Shown: positions 24,141 to 31,634 of the stretch, piece after piece
How the letters are laid out: each line of letters begins with the position of its first letter
Numbering within the stretch: the stretch's first letter is position 1
From: a virus
Lineage: Duplodnaviria; Caudoviricetes
Virus record (IMG/VR): IMGVR_UViG_3300047560_000396
Span: 1 to 31,634 of that record
DNA: 31,634 bases
Reading direction: 5' to 3' (one strand)
Notes under the pieces: model-generated
Told to the model about the DNA's origin: nothing
The model's database searches: none
What the model saw: the letters and a program-made list of their open reading frames with translations, nothing else
Made by a program: the position numbers and the translations under genes

Positions 24141-24481
24141 CAATGATTCCTTGTGCCATTAAACACGCAATTAAACAACATGTGCATTTCGCCATCGTTT
24201 ATTACTTTGTGGAAAGCACCATCAGGAATTAAAATAATGTCTCCGGGACTAACATCAAATGGTTCCGAATCTTCGTTACCAACAATCATTTTGCCCCAAC
24301 CTTGAACAAAGAAGTAAACTTCCTCTTGTCCCGGGTGCCTGTGCCCACGAGTTTCTTTACCCTTAAGCAACTTAGTTGAGCTCAATACTAAATCATTTAA
24401 TGTTTTGTTATCTTTAATCAGATATGTTTCGTCATCCTTAATAACATTGCCGCCAACATCAAATTCATTAACTTTGTACAT
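24140..24481 (-). CDS. cupin domain protein
   Basis: GHRHPGQEEVYFFVQGWG and PGDIILIPDGAFHKVIN; start MYKVNEF (TAATG overlap). Confidence 0.88.
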   Translation of the reverse strand: MYKVNEFDVGGNVIKDDETYLIKDNKTLNDLVLSSTKLLKGKETRGHRHPGQEEVYFFVQGWGKMIVGNEDSEPFDVSPGDIILIPDGAFHKVINDGEMHMLFNCVFNGTRNH

Positions 24482-24984
24482 TACCACACCTTTGAATAGT
24501 TCACCACTTCGCTTTGTCTCGAAATATCTTTTACAAAAAATGCACACAGTGGTTTATCTGCATTTTCACTTAGGGGTACTGCAAGCATCTGTCCGGGCTT
24601 GAGTTTAGGGAAATACCATTTAACGTCTTGATAGATGTCTACAATTTCCACACTCTTAAACTCGGGCCTAAAGCCTTCCATTGGATTAAACGTAAAAACA
24701 CTAAAGCCCCTATCATTAATACTTGTCAGTGGCACAACTTCCAAGTCACCCAAGTCTGGTTCGCCAATTAAGATTTGCCAATCCACTGGCATTTTGATAA
24801 TTTCATCACCGATACGTAATACAAGTGCAGGACTGTTAAATGATTCTAAAAAGATTAACGGTATATAAAAATAATCTGGGTCTTTTGGGTCGCTGTTGTC
24901 TAATACGCAAAACCTTAAGTCCTCAACTTCGTCTGGGATTTCGTTCATCTCGAAACTCTTATTATCTAGTGTAAGTATTCTCAT
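24481..24984 (-). CDS. hypothetical beta-rich protein, possible degenerate Hint fold
   Basis: Spacing of hydrophobic strands resembles intein blocks A/B/F without the catalytic residues. Confidence 0.6.
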   Translation of the reverse strand: MRILTLDNKSFEMNEIPDEVEDLRFCVLDNSDPKDPDYFYIPLIFLESFNSPALVLRIGDEIIKMPVDWQILIGEPDLGDLEVVPLTSINDRGFSVFTFNPMEGFRPEFKSVEIVDIYQDVKWYFPKLKPGQMLAVPLSENADKPLCAFFVKDISRQSEVVNYSKVW

Positions 24985-24988
24985 ATTG

Positions 24989-25495
24989 TTATTCTATATA
25001 TAGGCCGCAATTGATGTTGCTAAACTGTTCAATAACATCGCGGTGTAAGGGAAACTGCTCTAATGGTACATCCGCAGTCGCCAAATATCGTACATTATAG
25101 TTAAATGTACTGGCAAAGTAAACCTTTTTAGTGTTTACCAATTTAAATGCACTGTTTACAACCTTGTGGTGTATGTGCCCATAATCCCCATCTTCATTGT
25201 GGGTCAGGATTAACTCAGCATCCTTGCATTCTTGTTGCAAACTAGCTTCTGCATCAATACCGTACCAAAAGTTTAGGTGCTGTGTTTGCTGATCTTTGTA
25301 GTCATCTGTAAAACCTAAGAACTTAGTGTTAACATTACGTGAGTTCCAGTAAGCAGAAACTTCCCGAGCACGTGGATCTGTGTGCATATATGTTAGGTAA
25401 ACGATAGTCCAGTCATACTCGGGGTGTGCATCAATGTAGGGGCGGGCAAATATAACGCAGTCATCTGGGTGAGCTACTGCACAATATGCTTTCAT
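24989..25495 (-). CDS. PIG-L/LmbE family N-deacetylase-like protein
   Basis: VAHPDD and THNEDGDYGHIHH motifs; ATGA-coupled start MKAYCAV. Confidence 0.8.
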   Translation of the reverse strand: MKAYCAVAHPDDCVIFARPYIDAHPEYDWTIVYLTYMHTDPRAREVSAYWNSRNVNTKFLGFTDDYKDQQTQHLNFWYGIDAEASLQQECKDAELILTHNEDGDYGHIHHKVVNSAFKLVNTKKVYFASTFNYNVRYLATADVPLEQFPLHRDVIEQFSNINCGLYIE

Positions 25496-26286
25496 AGTCC
25501 CCATTGCTCCTTGATAATCTTGTAGTAAACGTCTGCAAGATACTCTTGACTCTTAGGATGGCCGTGATATCCGGGATCCGGACCTTCAAATTGCCATTCG
25601 TTTGTACTGTATGCCGGAGTATCTTCATAACGCAATGTTAAACACTTGTCCGGAACAACACTAGGGATAGCATCACGCACAGTATTACTAGTCCACATGT
25701 TGTTTGCAACCAACAAAAACGGAATACCGGCATAATGTAATTGCATAATGCCATCACGCATAATCCATTCGTCTTGTTGACGCTTCCATTCGCTGTCGTA
25801 CATAAAGTTAATGTACTGTTTAACTGCGGCTTGGGTGTTCTTGTCAATCTTACTACTGCGGTAAGGATGCTCGTAGTTTTCTGCTAGGCTAAAAATAGTT
25901 TCGCAAATCATACGGTAATGATTGTTGCCGTAATTTACATTATCGATTCCTGCTTCACGGTCGTACCCAATGCCATGATTCTTTTGTAAATGCTTTTGCA
26001 AGTCACTGTTCCATCCTTTGTTCTCATCTTTAGGCGGAACATATGGTGCGGCACCTGCAGGAATCTCCATGCGGTCATGAAACGTGGGTGCAATAATAGC
26101 AAACGTAGGGCGCTGGCGTAATACTTCGTCAATTTGCACACGGATACCACCATTGGAGCAACCCTGCCGTGCTAAAATTTCCACATCCCATCCCAATTTA
26201 CGTGCTAACACCTCGCCATACGCTGTGCCGGGTAACTTTTGACTTGGTGCAGAAAAGCTACACCCACATACAATTAATTTACTCAT
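25492..26286 (-). CDS. SGNH/GDSL-like hydrolase
   Basis: CGCSFS (block I), ARQGCSN (block II), DPGYH (block V); ATGA-coupled to uvsW. Confidence 0.6.
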   Translation of the reverse strand: MSKLIVCGCSFSAPSQKLPGTAYGEVLARKLGWDVEILARQGCSNGGIRVQIDEVLRQRPTFAIIAPTFHDRMEIPAGAAPYVPPKDENKGWNSDLQKHLQKNHGIGYDREAGIDNVNYGNNHYRMICETIFSLAENYEHPYRSSKIDKNTQAAVKQYINFMYDSEWKRQQDEWIMRDGIMQLHYAGIPFLLVANNMWTSNTVRDAIPSVVPDKCLTLRYEDTPAYSTNEWQFEGPDPGYHGHPKSQEYLADVYYKIIKEQWGL

Positions 26287-27809
26287 TGCCAATCTACTTT
26301 CTCTGTTGTAAATGGATAGTTAGCATCTTTGTAAAATGCTTTGCGCTTAGTTAAATGGCGCTTGGCATACTTACATGTTGATGTAACGTCCCAAATTTGA
26401 ACAAAATCTTTGTCCTCTGCTTTACGAATACCACGACCAATGGATTGAATAACTCGTGTAAAGCTCTTACCCGGCTCAATTAGAACCAAGTTAAAAATAC
26501 GAGGTATGTTAATACCAACTGCGGCTACGCCATATGTTGCAATAAACACTTTGTTGGTTGCTGTTGCTACACTGTCGTATTCTTCTTTGCGATCGTTTGC
26601 TTTTGTTGCGCCACTAACAAATGCAACTTCGGGTTTGTCACTCAATAAGCTAAACAAGTTACTCAATTCAACTTGTAACATCTTGCCAGTTTCGATTCGA
26701 TCAACGAGAATTAGTGTGTTGCCACCTTCCTTGATCTTTTCGACCATTCTAGCAATATACGCAATACGAGATGCAGTTGTAACCAAGTACTTTAACTCGC
26801 TTTGGTAGTCTTTATACTCAACATGATCCACTAACTGTAAAATGTTAACGTGACATTGTGCTAAGTGTCCTGCTTCCTGTAATGTACTCGCAGCCAATTG
26901 TCCCACAACTGGACCTAAACTACAGAAGATACTAACTTGTGCGTATTCTTCTTTAGGCACTGTACCAGTTAAGCCCCAACGAATCGGAACTCGAGCAAAC
27001 ACACTAGTTAGCAATGTCTTTAGAGCATCAGCTTTAGCCATGTGAACTTCGTCAACCATAACTAAAGAAACTCCATCAACTAAATCGTCAATGATAAAGT
27101 CTTTTGGATCCTTAACAAGTCTGAAACTTGCAGGTTCGTCTTCGCTGTTGCGGCCTTCACTATTCTTTAATAAAATGTTAAGACTCTGCCATGTACAGAT
27201 AGTATGGGTATGCCCAACTTCCTTGCGGTCACCAAAGTACACGCCTACATCTAAACCTAAGTTGCGATAGTCTGCTTCCGTTTGCTTAACCAAGTCTTTG
27301 TTAGGGACAATAACAACGCTCTTGCCATACTTCTCAGCCATAAGACTAAGTGTCGCAGTCATTAGCGTCTTACCTGCGCCTGTAGCAATCTCCTGAATGC
27401 TTTGCGGATTCTGCAGGAAGTTGTTAATAATTTCAACTTGATAATCCCGTAGCATAACAGGTTGACCGGCAGCTGGATGACCAACAGGCCAGCACTTGTG
27501 TGCAAACGTATCTTCGGCAATAGGATCCCAGTCAAATTGAGTTGAGTAAGTACGTGTATCTTGTACATTAACATCGTACCCCTCTTCGACTAGAACAGGA
27601 ATAATATCGGGCAGCAAATTAATATATGTGCTACCACCTAGTGCAAAATAACTTACTTTGCCATCCCATCGACCTAGTCTTACCGCGGGCAAATAACGTG
27701 CGCCCGGGACTTCATATTTGAATTTATCAACTAACTTTTTACGAGTTCTGAGCTCTAAACCTTCGACCTTAACGTTAACTTCGTCTTTAATAATTAAATT
27801 AGCTTGCAA
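26283..27809 (-). CDS. uvsW: UvsW-like SF2 DNA helicase
   Basis: WDG, LRDYQ, ATGAGKT, VDEVH, GLTGT, GINIP, QSIGRGIR. Confidence 0.92.
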   Translation of the reverse strand: MQANLIIKDEVNVKVEGLELRTRKKLVDKFKYEVPGARYLPAVRLGRWDGKVSYFALGGSTYINLLPDIIPVLVEEGYDVNVQDTRTYSTQFDWDPIAEDTFAHKCWPVGHPAAGQPVMLRDYQVEIINNFLQNPQSIQEIATGAGKTLMTATLSLMAEKYGKSVVIVPNKDLVKQTEADYRNLGLDVGVYFGDRKEVGHTHTICTWQSLNILLKNSEGRNSEDEPASFRLVKDPKDFIIDDLVDGVSLVMVDEVHMAKADALKTLLTSVFARVPIRWGLTGTVPKEEYAQVSIFCSLGPVVGQLAASTLQEAGHLAQCHVNILQLVDHVEYKDYQSELKYLVTTASRIAYIARMVEKIKEGGNTLILVDRIETGKMLQVELSNLFSLLSDKPEVAFVSGATKANDRKEEYDSVATATNKVFIATYGVAAVGINIPRIFNLVLIEPGKSFTRVIQSIGRGIRKAEDKDFVQIWDVTSTCKYAKRHLTKRKAFYKDANYPFTTEKVDWQ

Positions 27810-28974
27810 AGCCCTTTATCCCATCGTTACTCTTTTTCTTCTGGAACACTTGCGCTGCACAGTAGACAATTTTCTCTGAGCGCTGTACCATAAGTTCTTT
27901 TTCTCCACCGTAAATCATACCTGCACCACTAATTAGTAAAGGTGCATTGGTTTTTACCGGCTTTGTAATGTACACAATCTTTGTGTTTTCAGTTACTGGC
28001 TGTTTGGTGTTGCCAGAAAGAATTGAATATTCATCTTGACTACACTGTGCTTTGATTTGATCCAACAGTTGTCCACTTAAATCTGGCTCATACACATATA
28101 CTGGTAGCCGGTTTAACTTTTGTGCATAGTCAATGACTGTACTAAAGTTATCGTTTCCTAGCATTGCTGTTGGCTCAATTTTGAGTTCTTTGTTTGTAAG
28201 CAAATTAACAAACCGTGGCCCATATTCTTCAACAAGTGCGTTAAGAATGTCTTCATCAACAGTATACCCTAGAATACCGCTAAAGTCAATTAACTTCAGT
28301 AAGTTTTCCGGAGACAATTCACCAACGTGCGTTTGCAAATATTCCAGCATAGACTCTGGAGCATTTTCAATTTGTAATTGGCCATCTTTGATAGTTAAGC
28401 AAATACGGTAATTGGTACTTTCAACTTCTGCAATTTTTAAAACAAGTTTTGTTACTTCTGAATCAATCTCAAACTTATTTACTTCTGCAAACACGTTAAC
28501 CCAATTAAGATTGTACTCAGTTAAGTCAAGTTGCCAGACTTTTTTATCCGGGTTCCAGCGACTCTTTCCTTGACTCTCTTTCCCAAATGCTCGCATAGAA
28601 TCAATCATCTTTTGATTGTACGGAAACTTAACCATGATAGATTCGTTTTCGATGTACAGTCGAGATGAATAATCCATTGGCCTAATAGGCAAACGATACA
28701 CTGGATTTTCAACAGGTGCTACATCAATGTTCTTTTGTGCAAGTTGTCGCTTATACGTTAAAACAATCTTTTGTGCTAACTTAGCTTGTTTCTCAGTGTA
28801 ACCAATGTTTTGTAGTGTTTGGCTAGCCATCTTCGATATAACATCAGTGTCATACCGAGCCAAACTAATGATAGGTTCGCTAATCCAGCTATTGGTTGGC
28901 TTTTGCGTAACCATGTCACGCTCGCCTGCAATAACTTCAATATAATCTTCGACTGTGTTAAATGTAATCATCAT
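27799..28974 (-). CDS. hypothetical protein with a HARP-like segment
   Basis: VKFPYNQKMIDSMR...RWNPDKKVW; overlaps the uvsW start. Confidence 0.65.
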   Translation of the reverse strand: MMITFNTVEDYIEVIAGERDMVTQKPTNSWISEPIISLARYDTDVISKMASQTLQNIGYTEKQAKLAQKIVLTYKRQLAQKNIDVAPVENPVYRLPIRPMDYSSRLYIENESIMVKFPYNQKMIDSMRAFGKESQGKSRWNPDKKVWQLDLTEYNLNWVNVFAEVNKFEIDSEVTKLVLKIAEVESTNYRICLTIKDGQLQIENAPESMLEYLQTHVGELSPENLLKLIDFSGILGYTVDEDILNALVEEYGPRFVNLLTNKELKIEPTAMLGNDNFSTVIDYAQKLNRLPVYVYEPDLSGQLLDQIKAQCSQDEYSILSGNTKQPVTENTKIVYITKPVKTNAPLLISGAGMIYGGEKELMVQRSEKIVYCAAQVFQKKKSNDGIKGFAS

Positions 28975-28979
28975 ACGTT

Positions 28980-28988
28980 ATTATAGCA
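28980..28988 (-). promoter_or_regulatory. extended -10 promoter TGCTATAAT, predicted leaderless
   Basis: ATGATG begins 5 nt downstream; no SD; follows a terminator. Confidence 0.65.
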
Positions 28989-29002
28989 TATCTAGCTTAA
29001 AG

Positions 29003-29030
29003 AAAAAACCCCGAATGTTACCATCCGGGG
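29003..29030 (-). terminator. intrinsic terminator with GNRA loop
   Basis: CCCCGGATG-GTAA-CATTCGGGG followed by TTTTTT. Confidence 0.85.
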
Positions 29031-29076
29031 CAAAACTACGGGCAAGGAGCCATCCAAAAATCCCGTAGCATAACAA

Positions 29077-29190
29077 TTATTCTTCTGTCTTATCTTTGTT
29101 AGCTTTGCCAGCACGGTAGCCGGTGTAGATCAAACTACCAACGATCGCTACCACGCCAACTGCCATTAGAAATTCCACAATTACAATCAT
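29077..29190 (-). CDS. small membrane protein (37 aa)
   Basis: Manual translation MIVIVEFLMAVGVVAIVGSLIYTGYRAGKANKDKTEE*; ATGA overlap. Confidence 0.7.
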   Translation of the reverse strand: MIVIVEFLMAVGVVAIVGSLIYTGYRAGKANKDKTEE

Positions 29191-29693
29191 CGTACACCTT
29201 CATCTTTGCGAATCATGTCTGCTACTGCGGCATTGTAGATTCGATTGTACACACCTTTGAACACGCCTTTAACCAGTGCTTCAATACCGTTGATGATATC
29301 ACTGCACAAGTTTTCAATCAAGCTAAAGGGCCAGATAATGATCCATGCGGTGATAGTGTCTAGCATCTTGCTTGGATGATAGTCCTCGATTCGGCGCATC
29401 TGGTAAGCATCATGCTGAGTTCTACTAATTTCTTCAGCCTTAGCAACAATGAATCGTTTGTAGCGATAGAAGCTCCAAGCAATACCAAAGCACACATACC
29501 CAATTGAACAGATTGCAATGCTTCGTAACGGCACATCAAAGTAAAAGAACGCACTTACTGCCGCTACCAATGCCCAGAACACTGCCCAACCACGGGACTC
29601 GCCGTGTTCGCACCAAATGCCCAAGATGCACAATACTAAGATTGCGGGCCAAGTTGCAAGGAAGGCCACTCCAAATAAAATACTTTCAAACAT
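29187..29693 (-). CDS. multi-pass membrane protein
   Basis: Three or four hydrophobic segments; AAGGAG SD. Confidence 0.8.
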   Translation of the reverse strand: MFESILFGVAFLATWPAILVLCILGIWCEHGESRGWAVFWALVAAVSAFFYFDVPLRSIAICSIGYVCFGIAWSFYRYKRFIVAKAEEISRTQHDAYQMRRIEDYHPSKMLDTITAWIIIWPFSLIENLCSDIINGIEALVKGVFKGVYNRIYNAAVADMIRKDEGVR

Positions 29694-29705
29694 GTTACTT
29701 TCTCC

Positions 29706-30854
29706 TTAATCCCAAGAGCTTGACGAGCCGCTGTCACTGCTGCTCCAGCTTGAGCTAGAGTCACTGCTAGAGCTAGACCATGAGCTGCTCGAGCTAGAGC
29801 CACTGTCCCACGAACTAGATTTGCTAGAGCTACGTGAGCTAGAGTCATCATCCCAACTAGAGCTACGTGAGCTAGACTTGGGAGTATCGTTGCCAATGTC
29901 GTCCCATGAGCTACGTGGAGCAGGAACTTCACGCACAGTTTCGCGGATTACAGTACGCTCAGTATCATGGTGATGACCATGATCGCTCAACATGTTACCA
30001 ATTAGCACACCAGTCAGCATGTCGTTGCTGCCCGAGTTAGTGTGGACCACTGTTTGTGTTGGTTGGACTGCTTGGGCCGAAGTGCGGTACATACGTGCGC
30101 TGGCTTCTGCTGCATCAGCGCGGGCCTGTGCTTCGCGGCGCTCCTGTGCTTCAAGAAAGAGTCGTTGCTTCTCAGCCGCTTCTGATTGCTCTTTCTTAAA
30201 CTGTGCTACTGTTTTCAACTTGTCAGGGTTAGCTGGGTCGAAACGTTCGTGTCCATAGTTCTTGTGAGCTTTGAGTGCGGCCTCAGCTGCCTGCTTTGCG
30301 TTATACTCGGCAATTTCTTTTGCGGCTTGTGCTTCTTCTGCTTGACGACGAGCTTCTTGGCGTTCTGCCCATTCTGCTGCTCGCTTCAATGCTGCCTCAT
30401 CTTCTTTGGCGCGGGCCATAGCTTCTTCCTCTAGCTTACGCATATACAACATAAAGCCCCAACCAATTGCACCTGCAAGGATCAGTGCTAGGATAGTGTT
30501 GCGCCAAAAATGCGATTCCTCAATGACTTCAATCTTTGAGACTTGCGGAGTAATTGCATCCTTTAAACTTTGCACACTTGACGCTGGTGCAAAGTCCAGT
30601 GTCGGATTCAAGCCAGTAGCAATGTCCAGTGCCTTGCGGGCCTTTTCAAGATTGCCCAAGCCTGCTTGTGCTTGTGCCATTGCGTAAAATGCTTTAGCAG
30701 ATTTGGGGTGGTTAGCAATAATGCCTTCCAGCCCTGCTGCTGCGGCAGAGTACTGCTGTTGTTGGATCAAGGTTTGAATTTGATCAAAACTGGCTTCTGC
30801 CATTGCACTAACTGCAATAACCAAACCAACGAAAAATGCTGCGAAACGTTTCAT
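29706..30854 (-). CDS. TPR-containing membrane protein with a Ser-rich tail
   Basis: Signal peptide (AMA^E), TPR-like HPKSAKAFYAMAQ..GNLEKA, TM helix, coiled coil, S/W/D tail; AGGAG SD. Confidence 0.8.
   Translation of the reverse strand: MKRFAAFFVGLVIAVSAMAEASFDQIQTLIQQQQYSAAAAGLEGIIANHPKSAKAFYAMAQAQAGLGNLEKARKALDIATGLNPTLDFAPASSVQSLKDAITPQVSKIEVIEESHFWRNTILALILAGAIGWGFMLYMRKLEEEAMARAKEDEAALKRAAEWAERQEARRQAEEAQAAKEIAEYNAKQAAEAALKAHKNYGHERFDPANPDKLKTVAQFKKEQSEAAEKQRLFLEAQERREAQARADAAEASARMYRTSAQAVQPTQTVVHTNSGSNDMLTGVLIGNMLSDHGHHHDTERTVIRETVREVPAPRSSWDDIGNDTPKSSSRSSSWDDDSSSRSSSKSSSWDSGSSSSSSWSSSSSDSSSSWSSSDSGSSSSWD
29709..29910. repeat. low-complexity GAGCT(A) repeats encoding poly-Ser with SSW(D) units
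   Basis: Multiple GAGCTAG/GAGCTACGTG units. Confidence 0.75.
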
Positions 30855-30884
30855 GTTTACTCCTGTTTGTTTGAACATGTCTAT

Positions 30885-30893
30885 ATTATAGCA
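30885..30893 (-). promoter_or_regulatory. extended -10 promoter TGCTATAAT
   Basis: In-frame ATG 6 nt downstream plus an SD-led ATG 24 nt further on. Confidence 0.65.
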
Positions 30894-30917
30894 TAAAAGG
30901 CCATTCCTGGCCTTTTA
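30894..30917 (-). terminator. inverted repeat (terminator or operator)
   Basis: TAAAAGGCCA-N4-TGGCCTTTTA just after the SPFH stop. Confidence 0.55.
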
Positions 30918-30924
30918 ATACTTT

Positions 30925-31634
30925 TTACTTGCCCAAGTTGAGCATCATACCTTGTTGCCCATTTACAACAGTGTTAGGCATTTTGCCATCCCACTTTTCA
31001 ATCCATTGTAGTTGGACGTATGCTGTACCACCTTGGTGTTGGATAGCGTTAGCTTGGATTGCAATAGCTTCAGCTTCACCTTTAGCTTGTGCAATACGGC
31101 TTGCGGCTTCGACTTTGATACGCTCAAGATCCTGTTCAGCTTTTTGCTTTTGCTGTGTAGCAGTCACTTTAGCTTCAATGGCATCTTGATATGCTTTAGA
31201 GAATCCAAAGTTCACCAAGCTAATGTTAGACACTGTGATGTCGAACTGTGCAAGTTTATCCTGCAACTGGCGCTGGATAGTGTCAGACACTTCTTGACGC
31301 TTGGTAATCAGTTCTTCACTAGTGTAGTGAGCAGTGACTGATTTAAACGCTTCGTTCATAGCTGGACCAAGAACTTTGCTATCCACATCAAGACCAAACT
31401 CCTTGAAGATGTGTGGCAACTTTGCGGCAGTTAGACGATAGTTAATAACAATGTCAGTATGCACTTGTTGCAAGTCTTTGGTACCGGCACTTGCGCCGTT
31501 CAAGTTAGCACGTTGCAGTCGCACATCAACATACTTGACGTTACTCACTGGGTTAACAAACTGCCAACCCTCGGGCAACACACGCTGATTAACTTCGCCC
31601 ATTGTAACCTGCACACCTACATGGCCTGCTGGCA
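30925..31634 (-). CDS. SPFH/band 7/prohibitin family protein (5' end outside the window)
   Basis: PAGHVGV, TKDLQQV, ELITKR, AIEAK..AQAKGEAEA, IEKWDG..P. Confidence 0.92.
   Translation of the reverse strand, partial: PAGHVGVQVTMGEVNQRVLPEGWQFVNPVSNVKYVDVRLQRANLNGASAGTKDLQQVHTDIVINYRLTAAKLPHIFKEFGLDVDSKVLGPAMNEAFKSVTAHYTSEELITKRQEVSDTIQRQLQDKLAQFDITVSNISLVNFGFSKAYQDAIEAKVTATQQKQKAEQDLERIKVEAASRIAQAKGEAEAIAIQANAIQHQGGTAYVQLQWIEKWDGKMPNTVVNGQQGMMLNLGK

Noticed and set aside
29709-29910. GAGCTAG repeats as a CRISPR array or replication iterons
   Set aside because: Irregular spacing; fully explained by Ser codons in the coding tail
29636-29932. Hydrophobic 98-aa minus-strand ORF (LA repeats) as an overlapping membrane protein
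   Set aside because: Alternative-frame reading of the TCTAGC Ser repeats; no independent start signal
27-31341. Numerous plus-strand ORFs in the track (e.g. 876..1145, 6485..6856, 17046..17486, 19980..20372)
   Set aside because: Antisense shadows of well-supported minus-strand genes; only 21785..22156 occupies free space
1-31634. Alternative genetic code (stop-codon recoding seen in some large phages)
   Set aside because: Core genes are full length in code 11, and TAA, TGA and TAG (21301) all occur as stops

Overview
This window is a segment of a large T4-like tailed phage genome (Caudoviricetes); the host is probably a proteobacterium, inferred from the E. coli-type class Ia ribonucleotide reductase. 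Nearly all genes are on the minus strand and tightly coupled. In transcription order: (i) a membrane module (SPFH, TPR/Ser-tail protein, small TM proteins); (ii) a replication/repair block (HARP-like protein, UvsW helicase, SGNH-like and PIG-L-like hydrolases, a Hint-fold-like protein, cupin, gp62-like clamp loader, Zn-finger protein, a 192-aa DnaE-palm 'mini-polymerase', primase, gp41 helicase); (iii) a late-promoter block of putative head/internal proteins that includes a Pol-beta-type nucleotidyltransferase coupled to a KxDG ligase-like protein; (iv) a 2OG-Fe(II) oxygenase, an exonuclease, nrdA/nrdB/glutaredoxin, Sm-like, PAAR and virion proteins; (v) a SleB-type hydrolase, a PQ-loop-like membrane protein, an HD hydrolase and small hypervariable ORFs. 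Two promoter classes are visible (sigma70-like and T4-late-like TAAATA), and several place the predicted +1 on the start codon, suggesting leaderless mRNAs. The best candidates for undescribed biology are the NTase plus ligase-like pair (possibly virion-packaged), the thumb-less mini-DnaE, and the catalytically degenerate stand-alone Hint-fold protein. All family assignments come from reading motifs by eye, not from database searches.
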